Positions 29,079 to 41,464 of a stretch of DNA of 64,000 nt are shown here, piece by piece. The notes under the pieces are model-generated. The model searched no databases. It worked only from the letters and a program-made list of their open reading frames with translations, and was not told the DNA's origin. Position 1 is the stretch's first letter; each line of letters starts with the position of its first letter. Source of the DNA: Verrucomicrobiota bacterium. Lineage in GTDB: Bacteria; Verrucomicrobiota; Verrucomicrobiia; Limisphaerales; CANJXF01. The position numbers and the translations under genes were made by a program. The stretch covers positions 1 to 64,000 of the forward strand of contig JBBQRQ010000015.1 in assembly GCA_038214755.1 (NCBI GenBank). Reading direction: 5' to 3'.

Positions 29079-29168
29079 GGAGAGGTGGCAGAGTGGTCTA
29101 TCGCGGCGGTCTTGAAAACCGCTTTGGTGTAACAGCCAACGGGGGTTCGAATCCCTCCCTCTCCGCCA
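29079..29168 (+). tRNA. tRNA-Ser(TGA)
   Basis: 90 nt with long variable arm; GCGGT-CTTGAAA-ACCGC anticodon arm; GCCA end. Confidence 0.96.
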
Positions 29169-29299
29169 GGCAATTGGTTCAAAGGTTAAGGTTTAAGGTT
29201 CACAGTTGGGGAAGCGTCGAACAGTGCGAAGGTCATTGGATGTTCGGAGTTCGATGTTGGATGTTCGACGTTCAAAAAATAAATCGGTAAGCGAAAAAC

Positions 29300-29557
29300 G
29301 TGAAAGAACAATTGCCAGTCATCATCGGGATTTTTGTCGCAGCGGTGATCTTTATCATCCTGTGGCGCAAAGGCGCGTTTCTGCGCATCTCGAATTACTT
29401 TCGCGAAACCCAGGAAGAATTAAAAAAATGTTCGTGGCCGAGCTGGGAGGAATTGAAAGGTTCCACCGCAGTGGTGGTGGTGGCGATTGCGTTGCTGGGC
29501 GGCTTCACGGTCGTGGTTGATTTTGTTTTCGCGATGATTATTCGCCACATCGTTTAA
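29300..29557 (+). CDS. secE: Preprotein translocase subunit SecE
   Basis: EELKKCSWPSWEEL motif plus TM helix; upstream of nusG. Confidence 0.93.
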   Translation: MKEQLPVIIGIFVAAVIFIILWRKGAFLRISNYFRETQEELKKCSWPSWEELKGSTAVVVVAIALLGGFTVVVDFVFAMIIRHIV

Positions 29558-29569
29558 AAAAGATTTCAC

Positions 29570-30118
29570 ATGCAAAGTCAGTGGTTTGTCATCCATACGT
29601 TGTCTGGCCAGGAGCAGAAGGTCAAAGAGAGCATCGAGAAGCGCCTGAAAAAGGAAGAGATGGGCGAATTCATCAAAGAAGTTTTGGTGCCCGTCGAAAA
29701 AGTGGTCGATGTGCGCGGCGGAAAAAAGACGGTGACGACCCGGAAATTGCATCCCGGCTACGTTTATATCGACATGGTTTTGCTGGATGACAACAAACGA
29801 ATTTTGGATAAGCCGTGGTATTTCATTCAGGAGACGCCGGGCAAAATTGGAATCGTGGGCGGCGAACGTCCGCTTCCGGTGACGCCCTCAGAAATGGCGA
29901 CAATCAAATCGCAGATTTCTGAATCGGAAGATACGGAAAAACCGAAAGTAAATTTTGAAATTGGCGAAACGGTGAAGATCAACGATGGGCCGTTTTTGAA
30001 TTTCAGCGGCGTGATTGAAGAAGTCGAACCGGATCGCGGCAAGCTGAAAGTGACGGTAAATATTTTCGGGCGCAATACGCCGGTGGAATTGGAATATTGG
30101 CAGGTGGAAAAGGCGTGA
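29570..30118 (+). CDS. nusG: Transcription termination/antitermination factor NusG
   Basis: WFVIHTLSGQE, PGYV, KOW GETVKINDGPF, VNIFGRNTPVEL. Confidence 0.97.
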   Translation: MQSQWFVIHTLSGQEQKVKESIEKRLKKEEMGEFIKEVLVPVEKVVDVRGGKKTVTTRKLHPGYVYIDMVLLDDNKRILDKPWYFIQETPGKIGIVGGERPLPVTPSEMATIKSQISESEDTEKPKVNFEIGETVKINDGPFLNFSGVIEEVEPDRGKLKVTVNIFGRNTPVELEYWQVEKA

Positions 30119-30203
30119 TGAGCGTAGAGAGCGTCATGAGCGTAGAGCGTGACGCTCGGACGCTTTGACGCTGAACACGCTAATGACGATTTTATAGAAA
30201 ACT

Positions 30204-30629
30204 ATGGCAAAGAAAGTTACAGGACAAATCAAGTTGCAGATTCCGGCCGGTTCCGCTAACCCCGCTCCGCCCGTCGGCCCCGCCCTCGGTCAGCAAGGCG
30301 TCAACATCATGGCGTTTTGCAAAGAATTTAATGCGACGACCAAAGATCAGGCCGGCATGATTATTCCCGTCGTCATCACGGTTTATCAGGACAAATCTTT
30401 TACCTTCATCACCAAGTCGCCGCCCGCCGCGATTCTTTTGAAAAAAGCCGCGGGCATTGCGTCCGGCTCCAAAACACCGAACAAGGAAAAAGTTGGCAAA
30501 GTCACGCGCAAACAAGTTCTCGATATTGTGAAGTTGAAAATGAAAGACCTCAACGCGACGAACGAAGAAGCGGCGTTTCGTTTGATCGCGGGAACGGCGC
30601 GCAGCATGGGCATTGACATTCAAGGATAA
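30204..30629 (+). CDS. rplK: 50S ribosomal protein L11
   Basis: [27 protein letters not shown]. Confidence 0.98.
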   Translation: MAKKVTGQIKLQIPAGSANPAPPVGPALGQQGVNIMAFCKEFNATTKDQAGMIIPVVITVYQDKSFTFITKSPPAAILLKKAAGIASGSKTPNKEKVGKVTRKQVLDIVKLKMKDLNATNEEAAFRLIAGTARSMGIDIQG

Positions 30630-30640
30630 AAAACTCAACC

Positions 30641-30672
30641 GCGGGAGAAGCCCAAAACTTCGTTCGCACCGC
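30641..30672 (+). promoter_or_regulatory. Possible L1 autoregulatory mRNA site between rplK and rplA
   Basis: GCGG-GAG-[AAG..CTT]-...-CCGC stem with asymmetric internal loop, resembling L1-binding elements. Confidence 0.4.
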
Positions 30673-30683
30673 AAAAAAATAAA

Positions 30684-31394
30684 ATGGCTAAAGAACCAAG
30701 TAAAAGATTCAAGAAAGCGCTGGAACTAGTCGATAAAACGAAATTTTATCCGCTCAAATCCGCCGTCGAAGTGTTGAACAAATTTCCGAAAGCGAAATTC
30801 AACGAGACCGTGGAAGTCGCTTTCAAACTCGGCGTGGATCCGAAGCAATCCGACCAAATGGTTCGCGGGACTGTTCCGCTGCCGCATGGTTCCGGAAAAA
30901 CCGTCCGCGTTTTGGTTTTCGCTCGCCCGGGAAATTCTGCTGATGCCGCGAAAGCCGCCGGAGCGGAATATGTCGGCTACGAAGATTTGATCAAAAAATG
31001 TGTCGAGGGCTGGAACGATTTCGACATCGCGATTGCCACGCCCGAAGCGATGATCGAAGTCCGCAAGCTCGGAAAAGTTCTGGGGCCGCGCGGCTTGATG
31101 CCGAATCCGAAAACCGGAACCGTCACTGATGACACGGCGAAAGCGGTGAAAGAATTCAAGGCGGGCCGTGTCGAATTCAAAATAGATAAAGCCGGCAACG
31201 TGCATGTCCCGATTGGCAAAGTGAATTTCAAACCGGAAGAAATTGTGGACAACGCGCGCGCGGTCATCGAAGCCGTTGCGAAGGCCAAGCCGTCCAGCGC
31301 CAAAGGAACTTTTATCACCAGTTGCACGCTCTCGGCCACGATGAGCCCGCCGGTGCGGATTGATGTGCGGGAATTTTTGGCGGCGGCAGCTTAA
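30684..31394 (+). CDS. rplA: 50S ribosomal protein L1
   Basis: KFNETVE, VRGTVPLPHGSGK, LGPRGLMPNPKTGTVT. Confidence 0.98.
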   Translation: MAKEPSKRFKKALELVDKTKFYPLKSAVEVLNKFPKAKFNETVEVAFKLGVDPKQSDQMVRGTVPLPHGSGKTVRVLVFARPGNSADAAKAAGAEYVGYEDLIKKCVEGWNDFDIAIATPEAMIEVRKLGKVLGPRGLMPNPKTGTVTDDTAKAVKEFKAGRVEFKIDKAGNVHVPIGKVNFKPEEIVDNARAVIEAVAKAKPSSAKGTFITSCTLSATMSPPVRIDVREFLAAAA

Positions 31395-31411
31395 TTTTAA
31401 AAAAATTTTTT

Positions 31412-31921
31412 ATGCGCGCAGAAAAACAATTTATCAGCAAGGAATACCTCGGCCGCTTGAACGCTTCGCCGTTTTTTGTGGTCGTGGATTACACCGGATT
31501 AAAAGTGGGACCGATGACCGAGCTTCGTAAACGTTTGAACAAAGCCGGCGCGGAAATGCACGTCGTCAAAAATTCTATTTTCAAACTCGCGGCCAAAGAA
31601 GCGGGGGTGCCTGAACTTGGCACTCTCGTCGGCCAATTGGCCGTCGTCACGGGCCAAAAAGATATTTCCGCCGCCTCAAAAGTCATCAAGACGTTCAGTT
31701 CTGAATTCGAGAAACCAAAAATCAAATTTGGGTTTCTAAATAATCAACGTCTCGAAACCAAAGACATCGTTTCACTGGCGGATTTGCCGTCCATTGAAGT
31801 TTTGCGCGGAAAACTTTTGGGCGTGTTCCAGGCGCCGGCGACCAAACTGGTTGCCTTGCTCAACACTCCGGCCACTCAACTTGCCCGCGTCTTGCAAGCG
31901 AAAGCCGCCAAAGCGGAATAA
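31412..31921 (+). CDS. rplJ: 50S ribosomal protein L10
   Basis: VDYTGL, ELRKRL, VVKNSI, LADLPS; position in the operon. Confidence 0.96.
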   Translation: MRAEKQFISKEYLGRLNASPFFVVVDYTGLKVGPMTELRKRLNKAGAEMHVVKNSIFKLAAKEAGVPELGTLVGQLAVVTGQKDISAASKVIKTFSSEFEKPKIKFGFLNNQRLETKDIVSLADLPSIEVLRGKLLGVFQAPATKLVALLNTPATQLARVLQAKAAKAE

Positions 31922-32064
31922 ATTTTTCACAATTTCATTTTTCGTTTTAGCCGACGAAAATGGATTAACACAACAACAACAAAGTAAATCGTCGGTTTGC
32001 TGGCGTGTGAACTGAAACCATCCGCAGCCGCGGGTCGCGACGAGACTGAAAGGCAAAAGTAATT

Positions 32065-32448
32065 ATGGCTGATCTGGCAACATTAGTGGAACAACTCGGC
32101 AAGCTCACGGTGATTGAAACCGCTGACTTGGTGAAACAACTTGAAACAGCCTGGGGCGTGACTGCGGCGGCTCCGATGGCGGCTGCGTCTGCTGGCGGCG
32201 GCGCTGCTGCTGCGGCTCCAGTTGAAGCGAAAGACACCTTTGACGTGATCCTCGTTTCGGCTCCTGCGGACAAAAAGATCGCCGCGATCAAAGCGGTCCG
32301 CGAAATCAAAGCGGGTCTCGGTTTGGCGGAAGCAAAAGCGCTCGTGGAAGGCGCTCCGAAACCGGTCCTGGAAGGCGCGAACAAAGCGGACGCCGACAAC
32401 GCCAAGAAAAAGCTCGAAGAAGCTGGCGCAAAAGTCGAAGTCAAATAA
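32065..32448 (+). CDS. rplL: 50S ribosomal protein L7/L12
   Basis: Ala-rich hinge, [34 protein letters not shown]. Confidence 0.98.
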   Translation: MADLATLVEQLGKLTVIETADLVKQLETAWGVTAAAPMAAASAGGGAAAAAPVEAKDTFDVILVSAPADKKIAAIKAVREIKAGLGLAEAKALVEGAPKPVLEGANKADADNAKKKLEEAGAKVEVK

Positions 32449-32654
32449 GCTCTGTCGATTTCAGGCCGGTGAAAATTTTCATCGGCCTGAATCCTCAGCC
32501 CAAAAATCGGAAAGAATTTATCCAACAGTTTTCGTTTTTCAAAAAAATAGAGTCGGAAGTAGCGGCGAGTTTTTCTGCGATTGCGGAAACTTGCCTTGTG
32601 TCGTTTCTAAAATAACCGTCCGGCAGAGTTGCCGGGCACTCATTGAGGTCCAAA

Positions 32655-35600
32655 ATGCCATCCAAAGTATCTGAAAGAATTAACTTCGGGAAAATCAAAG
32701 AGGTCATCGCTCCGCCGAACCTCATTGAACTGCAAACCAATTCCTACCGGGATTTTTTGCAGGAAAACACCGCGCCCCGCTCGCGAAAAAATACCGGTTT
32801 GCAAGCGGTCTTCACCGAAGTTTTTCCCATTGAAAGTTACGACGGCAAATGCGTCCTGGATTTTCACAGCTACGACATCGGCGAACCGAAAAACGATTGG
32901 CTCGATTGTTTGCGCGAAGGCATCACCTATGGCGCGCCGCTGCACGTCACCTTTTTGTTGAAGGAAGAAAAAGGGACGAAGGAAGAAAAAGTTTTCATGG
33001 GCGAACTTCCGCTGATGACTCCGCAAGGAACCTTTGTCATCAACGGCGCCGAACGCGTCATCGTCAGCCAATTGCATCGCTCGCCCGGTCTCGCTTTTGA
33101 AGCGACGCAACATCCGAACGGAAAAACGCTCCATTCGTTTCGCATCATTCCAGATCGTGGTTCGTGGTATGAAGCGCAATTCGATACCAGCGACATGCTT
33201 TACGTTTATCTCGACCGCAAAAAACGCCGCCGCAAATTTTTAACGACGACTTTCTTCCGCGCGCTCGGTTACGGAACGGATGCCGACATTCTCAAGCTGT
33301 TTTATGACATTGAAGAATTCACCGTCAAAGAAGCGGAAAAACTGGAAGACATTCAGAACAAAGTTTTGGTCGAAGACGCTGTTGACGAAGATAAGAACAT
33401 CGTGGTCGCGCGCGCCTTCGAGCCGCTTTCCAAAGCGGTCGTCAAACAGATCGCCGAATTGGACGTGAAGAAAATTCGCGTGGTGGACACGACGGTTGAT
33501 GACGGGATCGTCATCAAGTGCATGAAGAAAGATCCCACGAAAAACGAGGAGGAAGCGCTCAAAGATATTTATCGCCGCCTGCGCCCTGGCGATCCGCCAA
33601 CGGCCGCCAACGCCCGCGCCTTGATCAAGCGATTATTTTTCGACGCAAAACGTTACGACCTTGGCCGCGTTGGACGTTACAAAATCAATCAGAAGCTCGG
33701 CATCAAGGGCGGCGACTCGCGCATTTTGACCAAAGAAGATTTGGTTGCAGCGACGAAATATTTGCTCCGCTTGAAAAAAGGCGAAGGCTCGCTCGACGAC
33801 ATCGACCACTTGGGCAGCCGCCGTATTCGCACCGTGGGCGAATTGCTCGCGAACCAATGCCGCGTTGGACTCGCGCGCACCGAACGTCTCGTCAAAGAAC
33901 GCATGACTTTGTTCGATCAAAGTTTGGAAACGATGGCCCCGCAAAAGCTCATCAATCCGAAAGCGTTGTCGGCGGTCATCCGCGATTTCTTCGGACGCTC
34001 GCAGCTTTCGCAGTTCATGGATCAAATTAATCCGCTCGCCGAACTCACCCACAAACGCCGCTTGTCGGCGCTGGGGCCGGGCGGGTTGTCCCGTGATCGC
34101 GCGGGGTTTGAAGTTCGCGACGTTCATCCATCTCACTACGGACGCATTTGCCCGGTGGAAACGCCCGAAGGTCCGAACATCGGTTTGATCGCGTCGCTTG
34201 CAACCTTCGCGCAAGTGAATGATTTCGGTTTTCTCGAAACGCCGTATCGCAAAGTCGAAAAAGGTCGCGTCACCGCGCATCTCGATTATCTCACCGCAGA
34301 TCGCGAGGAACAATTCACTGTCGCGCAAGCTAACTCGCCGATTGATGACAAAGGACATTTCACAACCGAGCGCGTGACCTGCCGTCGCAAAGGCGACTTC
34401 ATCGACGTTGAGCCTAATCAAGTTGATTACATGGATGTGTCGCCCAAGCAGCTTGTGTCGGTCGCCGCGAGTTTGATTCCGTTTCTGGAACACGACGACG
34501 CCAATCGCGCCTTGATGGGTTCGAACATGCAACGCCAGGCCGTGCCGCTCCTCATTACCGAAGCGCCGCTAGTCGCAACAGGTTTGGAAGAACGTGTCGC
34601 GCGGGATTCGCGCGCCGTGGTCATCGCCGAAGAATCGGGCCGAGTCGCGTCGGTCAGCGGCAATCAAATCATCGTCACCGCAGACGGCAAATTGCCGGAA
34701 TCGAAAAAGAAAATTCGACACGATCCCGGCAACGGCATTTACGTTTATTATGTCCGCAAATTCATGCGGTCGAACGCGGCCACCTGCATCAATCAAAAAA
34801 TTCTCGTGGCCAAAGGTGACCACGTAAAAAAAGGACAAGTCATCGCCGACGGTCCTTGCACGCAAGGCGGCGAACTCGCTCTCGGACGAAACGTGTTGTG
34901 CGCGTTCATGCCCTGGAATGGTTACAATTTCGAAGACGCGATTTTGATCAGCGAACGCATCGTCAAAGATGATGTATTCACCTCGATCCACATCGACGAA
35001 TTTGAAGTCAGTGCGCGCGACACCAAACTCGGCCCGGAAGAAATCACGCGCGACATCCCGAACCTTGGCGATGAAGCGTTGAAGAATCTCGGCCTCGACG
35101 GCGTCATTCGCATCGGTGCAGAAGTTAAACCGGGCGATATTCTCGTGGGTAAGATCACACCGAAATCTGAAACGGAACTCGCGCCGGAAGAACGTTTGCT
35201 CCGCGCGATCTTCGGCGAAAAAGCTGCCGACGTGAAAGACACTTCGCTGAAAGTTCCATCGGGAACTTACGGCATCGTCATGGACGTAAAAGTCTCGTCC
35301 AAAAAAGAACGCGATTTTGAACGCGAAGCCAAAGCGGCTCTTGCGCCCGAAGCGAAAAAGCACGCGAAAGAAGTCACCGAAGATCATCGCAAGAAAACAG
35401 ACGAATTGCGCGAACAATTGACCGAAGCGCTGAGCAACATTTTGCTCGGCGAAAAAATTCCTCTCGACGTCGTCAATTCTGAAACCGGCGAAATTATTAT
35501 TCCGGCCAACCGCAAGATTACAAAAACGCTTTTGCGCAAACTTGCTGGTGTTTATGACCGCATCGAAATTGATCCGTCTCCCATTCGCAACAAGATCAAC

Positions 35601-36479
35601 GAAATCATCGGACAATTTAAAAAGAAGTTCGACGATTTGCAGATGCAGCATGACGAAGAAATGGAACGCGCCGAAGCCGGCGAAGAAGTCGATAGCGGCG
35701 TGGTAAAATCGGTCAAAGTTTATGTTGCTTCGAAACGCAAATTATCCGTCGGCGACAAAATGGCCGGACGCCACGGAAACAAAGGCGTCGTGGCTAAAAT
35801 CGTGGCCGAAGAAGATTTGCCTTTCCTCGAAGACGGAACTCCGGTGGACATCGTTTTGAATCCGCTCGGCGTGCCTTCGCGCATGAACGTCGGCCAGGTT
35901 TTGGAAACGCACTTGGGATGGGCCGCAAAACTTCTCGGTTTGAAATTTGCGACGCCGGTTTTCGACGGCATCAAGGAAAAGGAAATTCGCGGCTACCTCA
36001 AGGAAGCCAAACTTCCTGAACACGCCAAAGTGATTTTGCACGATGGACGCAGTGGCGAGCCGTTCGATCAGGAAATTGTCGTTGGTTACATCTACATGAT
36101 GAAGCTCGGCCATCTCGTCGCGGACAAAATTCACGCGCGCGCCGTCGGCCCTTATTCGCTGGTCACGCAGCAGCCGCTGGGCGGCAAAGCCCAATACGGC
36201 GGACAACGTTTCGGCGAAATGGAAGTCTGGGCCATGGAAGCGTACGGCGCGGCCTACACCTTGCAGGAATTGTTGACCGTGAAATCGGACGACGTGCAAG
36301 GCCGCACCCGTATTTACGAAAGCATTGTCAAAGGCGACAACTCGCTCGAAGCCGGCATTCCCGAATCGTTCAACGTTTTGGTGAAAGAAATGCAATCGCT
36401 CGGCATGGATGTGAAAGTAGGTTATTCGAATCCGGTCGAACACACGGCGGCGAATCCAGCGGCTCTGGCGGCGATGTAA
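32655..36479 (+). CDS. rpoB: RNA polymerase beta subunit
   Basis: [49 protein letters not shown]. Confidence 0.99.
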   Translation: MPSKVSERINFGKIKEVIAPPNLIELQTNSYRDFLQENTAPRSRKNTGLQAVFTEVFPIESYDGKCVLDFHSYDIGEPKNDWLDCLREGITYGAPLHVTFLLKEEKGTKEEKVFMGELPLMTPQGTFVINGAERVIVSQLHRSPGLAFEATQHPNGKTLHSFRIIPDRGSWYEAQFDTSDMLYVYLDRKKRRRKFLTTTFFRALGYGTDADILKLFYDIEEFTVKEAEKLEDIQNKVLVEDAVDEDKNIVVARAFEPLSKAVVKQIAELDVKKIRVVDTTVDDGIVIKCMKKDPTKNEEEALKDIYRRLRPGDPPTAANARALIKRLFFDAKRYDLGRVGRYKINQKLGIKGGDSRILTKEDLVAATKYLLRLKKGEGSLDDIDHLGSRRIRTVGELLANQCRVGLARTERLVKERMTLFDQSLETMAPQKLINPKALSAVIRDFFGRSQLSQFMDQINPLAELTHKRRLSALGPGGLSRDRAGFEVRDVHPSHYGRICPVETPEGPNIGLIASLATFAQVNDFGFLETPYRKVEKGRVTAHLDYLTADREEQFTVAQANSPIDDKGHFTTERVTCRRKGDFIDVEPNQVDYMDVSPKQLVSVAASLIPFLEHDDANRALMGSNMQRQAVPLLITEAPLVATGLEERVARDSRAVVIAEESGRVASVSGNQIIVTADGKLPESKKKIRHDPGNGIYVYYVRKFMRSNAATCINQKILVAKGDHVKKGQVIADGPCTQGGELALGRNVLCAFMPWNGYNFEDAILISERIVKDDVFTSIHIDEFEVSARDTKLGPEEITRDIPNLGDEALKNLGLDGVIRIGAEVKPGDILVGKITPKSETELAPEERLLRAIFGEKAADVKDTSLKVPSGTYGIVMDVKVSSKKERDFEREAKAALAPEAKKHAKEVTEDHRKKTDELREQLTEALSNILLGEKIPLDVVNSETGEIIIPANRKITKTLLRKLAGVYDRIEIDPSPIRNKINEIIGQFKKKFDDLQMQHDEEMERAEAGEEVDSGVVKSVKVYVASKRKLSVGDKMAGRHGNKGVVAKIVAEEDLPFLEDGTPVDIVLNPLGVPSRMNVGQVLETHLGWAAKLLGLKFATPVFDGIKEKEIRGYLKEAKLPEHAKVILHDGRSGEPFDQEIVVGYIYMMKLGHLVADKIHARAVGPYSLVTQQPLGGKAQYGGQRFGEMEVWAMEAYGAAYTLQELLTVKSDDVQGRTRIYESIVKGDNSLEAGIPESFNVLVKEMQSLGMDVKVGYSNPVEHTAANPAALAAM

Positions 36480-36490
36480 TCGCGTGAGAA

Positions 36491-36970
36491 TTGAAACCAC
36501 GGCTCTATCTTGAAACCACAATTCCAAGCTATCTCGGCGCGCGGCCAAGCAAGAACCCGCGATTGGCGGCAGACCAGCAGGCTACAAAAGAATGGTGGGA
36601 AAAGAGGCGGCATGATTACGAGTTATTTATTTCCGACGTTGTTCTGTTTGAAGTTCGTCGTGGTGATGTCGGAATGGCTGCGGTGCGTCTGGCAGCGCTG
36701 GCGGGCATTCCGGGATTGTGGAATTTGCCCGTTGCTGCCCAACTCACGAACCAGCTTCTTGCCGGTGGCATTCTTCCGCCGAAGGCCGGAGTTGACGCGG
36801 CCCACTTGGGTTTGGCCGCTGCGCATGGCATGGATTATCTTCTCACTTGGAATTGTAAACATATTAATAACCCGGCGTTGCGACCACAAATTGAACTGGC
36901 TTGCGGCGAATGTGGTTTGACGTGTCCATTGATTTACACGCCAGCGGAACTGATGAAGATTCAGTTATGA
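36491..36970 (+). CDS. PIN-domain (VapC-like) toxin
   Basis: LYLETTIPSYL, FISDVVLFEV, DAAHLGLAAAHGMDYLLTWNCKHI acidic PIN motifs; TTG start. Confidence 0.88.
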   Translation: MKPRLYLETTIPSYLGARPSKNPRLAADQQATKEWWEKRRHDYELFISDVVLFEVRRGDVGMAAVRLAALAGIPGLWNLPVAAQLTNQLLAGGILPPKAGVDAAHLGLAAAHGMDYLLTWNCKHINNPALRPQIELACGECGLTCPLIYTPAELMKIQL

Positions 36971-37194
36971 AAACGAACGAAATTTTGGATGAGATTTATC
37001 GTGTGCGAGAAGAATTCGCGCGTGAATGCGGTTACGATGTTCATGTGATGTTTGCGCGCATGAATGAAGACGTTAAAAAATTAAAGGCAGAAGGATGGAA
37101 ATTTGTTTCGCCAGAGCCACGAAAATCAGATGAAACAGCGGAAACTTCTTACGCCTTGCGTGAAGAGCCGACGAAGAAAAGCAAAAACCATTGA
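36967..37194 (+). CDS. Small protein, putative antitoxin partner of the PIN gene
   Basis: ATGA overlap with the PIN gene; NEILDEIYRVREEFARECGYDV helical motif. Confidence 0.75.
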   Translation: MKTNEILDEIYRVREEFARECGYDVHVMFARMNEDVKKLKAEGWKFVSPEPRKSDETAETSYALREEPTKKSKNH

Positions 37195-37212
37195 AAGTGA
37201 TTTAACAATTTT

Positions 37213-40200
37213 ATGACTAGCTCAAAAGAATCTGCCCGCGAATTGCTCGGCCTGGAAAAAGTCAATCAGGTCGATTACGTTGCCATCCAAGTCGCATCGC
37301 CGGACATCATCCGCACCTGGTCGAAAGGTGAAGTGAAAAATCCCGAGACGATCAATTACCGCACCTTCAAGCCGGAAAAAGGCGGCTTGTTCTGCGAGCG
37401 CATTTTCGGCCCCGTCAAAGATTGGGAATGTTCCTGCGGAAAATATAAGCGCATCAAACATCGCGGCGTGGTCTGTGATCGTTGCGGCGTGGAAGTCACG
37501 CTCGCGCGTGTCCGCCGCGAACGCATGGGCCACATCGAATTGTCGGTCCCGGTTTCGCACATCTGGTTTTTCAAATGCATGCCGTCCCGGCTTGGTCTCG
37601 TCCTCGACATGACCGCGCGAAATCTCGAGCGCGTGATTTATTACGAGGACTACATGGTGATCGACCCGAAATCGACGCCGCTGAAATTGCACCAGCTTTT
37701 GAGCGAGCACGAATATCGCGAAGCGCAGGAAACTTACGGCGCAGAAGCGTTCGTGGCGAAGATGGGCGCGGAAGCCGTCCGTGAAGGGTTGGCGAATGTT
37801 AATTTGATGAAGCAAGTCGATGCTCTGAACATCGCGATGACGGAAACCAAGAGCAAACAGATCCGCAAAAAAATTGCCAAGCGGATCAAATTACTTTCCG
37901 CATTTCACACCTCCAAGACTCGCCCCGAATGGATGATTCTCACCGTCTTGCCCGTCATCCCCCCTGACTTGCGTCCGCTCGTTCCGCTCGAAGGCGGACG
38001 ATTTGCGACTTCGGATTTGAACGATCTTTATCGTCGCGTCATCAACCGCAATAATCGTTTGAAAAATTTGCTTCAGCTTAAAACGCCGGAAGTCATTATT
38101 CGAAATGAGAAACGTATGTTGCAGGAAGCGGTCGATGCGTTGTTCGACAACGGTCGTCATGGTCGCGCTGTCACGGGCGCGGGAAATCGCGCGCTGAAAT
38201 CTTTGAGCGACATGCTCAAGGGCAAGAGCGGACGGTTCCGTCAAAACTTGCTCGGCAAACGCGTCGATTATTCAGGCCGCTCCGTCATCGTCATCGGACC
38301 TGAATTGAAACTTCATCAATGCGGATTGCCCAAGAAAATGGCCCTTGTATTATTCGAGCCGTTCATCATTCGCCGACTCAAAGAGCTTGGTTACGTTCAC
38401 ACTGTTCGTTCAGCCAAGAAAATGATCGAGCGTCAATCGCCGGAAGTCTGGGACATCCTCGAAGAAGTCACCAAGGGCCATCCGGTATTGCTCAATCGCG
38501 CGCCGACTTTGCATCGTCTTTCGATTCAGGCGTTCGAGCCGATTCTGATCGAAGGCGAAGCGATTCGCATTCATCCGCTCGTTTGCACTGCTTACAACGC
38601 AGACTTCGACGGCGACCAAATGGCCGTGCACGTTCCGCTTTCCGTGGAGGCGCAATTGGAAGCGCGCATGTTGATGCTCGCGCCCAACAATATCTTCAGT
38701 CCGTCGAGCGGCAAACCCATCATGACGCCGACCCAGGACATCACGCTCGGCTGTTATTATCTCACCGCCGAACCGCGCAAGCCCGTGGCGAAAAATGGCC
38801 GCTTGAAACTTTTCGGCAACAAGAGTGAAGTCAATTTCGCCTATGCCGATGGTGCCATTGGAATTCACGAGCGCATCCGTATCGCGAACCCTGACCACGG
38901 CAAGAAAACCGAGTACGGCGATTCCGAGAAAAAAGTCATTGAAACCACCGTGGGCCGCGTTTTCTTCAGCGAAATTTGGCCGGAAGAAATGGGTTTCCCA
39001 AATAAAGTCGTCACCAAAACCGCCCTCGGTGATTTGATTTGGAAATGCTACAAAATTTGCGGACAGGATAAAACCGTTGTCACCCTTGATAAGTTGAAAG
39101 AAGCCGGATTCCGCGAAGCGACTCGCGCCGGTGTGTCCATCGGAATCGATGACATGATCATTCCGAAAGAAAAAGGCCAGGAAATCGAGAACGCGCAAAA
39201 GCAAATTTCCGATGTCGAAAAACAATATCGCAAAGGTGTCATCACGCCCGGCGAACGTTACAACAAAATCATCGACATCTGGACGCATTGCACCGACCAG
39301 ATTGCGAACGTCATGTTGAAGACGCTCGATCACAACCAGGGCAAAGCGGAATTCAATCCCGTTTCGTTGATGGTGGATTCCGGCGCGCGCGGCAATCGTC
39401 AACAGGTTCGTCAGCTCGCCGGTGTTCGCGGCCTCATGGCGAAACCGAGCGGCGACATTATCGAGAAACCGATTCTCTCCAACTTCCGCGAGGGGCTTAC
39501 CGTGCTGGAATATTTTATTTCGACGCACGGAGCGCGCAAAGGTTTGGCCGACACCGCGCTCAAAACGGCCGACTCCGGCTACATGACGCGCAAGCTCGTC
39601 GATGTTTCACAGGACGTGATCATTCGCGAACTGGATTGCGGAACGACGAACGGAATTTGGGTGCAAGCCATTTACGAAGGCGAAGATGAAGTGGTGAAAT
39701 TGAGCGAGCGTCTCGTCGGACGTTTTTCGTGCGACGCGATCGTTGATCCGAGCGACTTGAAAAAAGTTCTCATCAAGACCAACGAAGAAATTGACGAAGC
39801 CAAAGCCAAGCTAGTCGATAACACCGGCATTGAAAAAATCAAAATTCGTTCGGTGCTCACCTGTGAAAGCAAGCAGGGCATTTGCATGAAATGCTATGGA
39901 CGCAATCTCGCCAATGGCGGGTTGGTGAAACTCGGCGAAGCGGTGGGAATCATCGCCGCGCAATCCATCGGTGAACCCGGCACGCAATTGACCATGCGCA
40001 CGTTCCACATCGGCGGGACTGCGGCCGCTGTTTTCAAACAGCCGCAAATCAAATCCAAGGTCGAAGGAATAATTCGTTACAACGAATTGCGTTTGGTGCA
40101 ACTGGAAGATGGCAACAATATTGTCCTGAACAAAAACGGTTCGATTTCAATCCTCGCCGAGGACGGACGCGAACTTGAAGCGCACAATCTGGTCATCGGC

Positions 40201-41340
40201 TCCGTCATCTCGGTGAAGAATGGCGGCAAGGTGAAAAAGGGCGAAGCGTTCGTTCAATGGGATCCTTACAACGTTCCGATCCTCTCGGAGAAAGCTGGCA
40301 AAGTTAAATTCCACGACATCATCGAAGGTGTGACGATGAAACAGGAAATGGACGAAACCACCGGCCAGGAAGCAATGGTCATCATCGAGCACAAGGAAGA
40401 TTTGCATCCGCAAATCGTAATCGTGAGTGAGAAGAATGAACCGTTGGCGAACTATCCGATTCCATCCGGCGCGCACGTGGTGTTGAAAGAAGGCGAACGA
40501 ATTGTCGCTGGAACTTTGATGGCGAAAACGCCCCGCAAAACTTCCAAGACCAAAGACATCACCGGCGGCTTGCCGCGTGTGGCGGAGTTGTTCGAAGCGC
40601 GTCGTCCGAAGGATGCTTCGGAAATTTCCAAGATCGATGGCGTGGTGGATTTCGGCGCGAGTGTTCGCGGCAAACGCTGCATCGTCATCAAAGATCAACA
40701 GACCGACGTGGAAGAGGAACATCTCATTCCCATTGGAAAACATGTCATCGTCTTCAAAGGCGACTTCGTCAAAAAAGGTCAGCAACTTACGGAGGGGCCT
40801 GTCGATCCGCATGAGATTCTCGAAATCTCCGGGCCGCAGGAATTGCAGGAACATTTGGTCAACGAAGTGCAGGAAGTTTATCGCTTGCAAGGCGTGACGA
40901 TTAACGACAAGCACATTGAAATTATCGTGCGCCAGATGTTGCGCAAGATTCGCATCACCGAACCGGGCGACACGCAATTCTTGTGGGGCGAACAGATTGA
41001 TAAAATCGAATTCGACAATGAAAATCAGCGCGTCGAAAAAATGGGCGGCAAACCGGCCGAGGCGCAACCCGTGTTGCTCGGAATCACGAAGGCCTCACTC
41101 GAAACAGAAAGTTTCCTAAGCGCCGCGTCATTCCAGGACACCACTCGCGTCTTGACCGATGCCGCGACCACTTCACGCGTCGATTATTTGCGCGGCTTCA
41201 AAGAAAACGTGATCATGGGTCACATCATTCCGGCGGGCACAGGCTACAGTTACCATCGCAAACTCGAGTTGAAACCATTGGTCGAGCCAATCGAAATCGA
41301 ACCGCCGAACCCGCTTTTGGAAGAGCCGTTGGCAGGTTGA
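37213..41340 (+). CDS. rpoC: RNA polymerase beta' subunit
   Basis: [12 protein letters not shown] catalytic motif, N-terminal Zn ribbon, [16 protein letters not shown]. Confidence 0.99.
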   Translation: MTSSKESARELLGLEKVNQVDYVAIQVASPDIIRTWSKGEVKNPETINYRTFKPEKGGLFCERIFGPVKDWECSCGKYKRIKHRGVVCDRCGVEVTLARVRRERMGHIELSVPVSHIWFFKCMPSRLGLVLDMTARNLERVIYYEDYMVIDPKSTPLKLHQLLSEHEYREAQETYGAEAFVAKMGAEAVREGLANVNLMKQVDALNIAMTETKSKQIRKKIAKRIKLLSAFHTSKTRPEWMILTVLPVIPPDLRPLVPLEGGRFATSDLNDLYRRVINRNNRLKNLLQLKTPEVIIRNEKRMLQEAVDALFDNGRHGRAVTGAGNRALKSLSDMLKGKSGRFRQNLLGKRVDYSGRSVIVIGPELKLHQCGLPKKMALVLFEPFIIRRLKELGYVHTVRSAKKMIERQSPEVWDILEEVTKGHPVLLNRAPTLHRLSIQAFEPILIEGEAIRIHPLVCTAYNADFDGDQMAVHVPLSVEAQLEARMLMLAPNNIFSPSSGKPIMTPTQDITLGCYYLTAEPRKPVAKNGRLKLFGNKSEVNFAYADGAIGIHERIRIANPDHGKKTEYGDSEKKVIETTVGRVFFSEIWPEEMGFPNKVVTKTALGDLIWKCYKICGQDKTVVTLDKLKEAGFREATRAGVSIGIDDMIIPKEKGQEIENAQKQISDVEKQYRKGVITPGERYNKIIDIWTHCTDQIANVMLKTLDHNQGKAEFNPVSLMVDSGARGNRQQVRQLAGVRGLMAKPSGDIIEKPILSNFREGLTVLEYFISTHGARKGLADTALKTADSGYMTRKLVDVSQDVIIRELDCGTTNGIWVQAIYEGEDEVVKLSERLVGRFSCDAIVDPSDLKKVLIKTNEEIDEAKAKLVDNTGIEKIKIRSVLTCESKQGICMKCYGRNLANGGLVKLGEAVGIIAAQSIGEPGTQLTMRTFHIGGTAAAVFKQPQIKSKVEGIIRYNELRLVQLEDGNNIVLNKNGSISILAEDGRELEAHNLVIGSVISVKNGGKVKKGEAFVQWDPYNVPILSEKAGKVKFHDIIEGVTMKQEMDETTGQEAMVIIEHKEDLHPQIVIVSEKNEPLANYPIPSGAHVVLKEGERIVAGTLMAKTPRKTSKTKDITGGLPRVAELFEARRPKDASEISKIDGVVDFGASVRGKRCIVIKDQQTDVEEEHLIPIGKHVIVFKGDFVKKGQQLTEGPVDPHEILEISGPQELQEHLVNEVQEVYRLQGVTINDKHIEIIVRQMLRKIRITEPGDTQFLWGEQIDKIEFDNENQRVEKMGGKPAEAQPVLLGITKASLETESFLSAASFQDTTRVLTDAATTSRVDYLRGFKENVIMGHIIPAGTGYSYHRKLELKPLVEPIEIEPPNPLLEEPLAG

Positions 41341-41366
41341 GCGGTCAGAACAAATTAGTTTTCCAG

Positions 41367-41396
41367 GAGCATCCGATTCGGATGCTCTTTTTTTTT
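41367..41396 (+). terminator. Intrinsic terminator after rpoC
   Basis: GAGCATCC-GATTC-GGATGCTC followed by T9. Confidence 0.9.
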
Positions 41397-41464
41397 GGTC
41401 AATTCAAGATCATGAATGGGATCGCTCAGTTTAATTCCCACGCTTTGATGATTCTCCTACAGAA

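Noticed and set aside
28915..29122. Near-identical anticodon stems of tRNA-Trp and tRNA-Ser suggesting recoding or a UGA suppressor
   Set aside because: Anticodon TGA reads UCA (Ser), the body is a normal long-arm tRNA-Ser, and TGA is used as a stop throughout the window.
32459..32492. Hairpin after rplL as a terminator
   Set aside because: Strong stem but no adjacent U tract; may be a pause or processing site, so not called.
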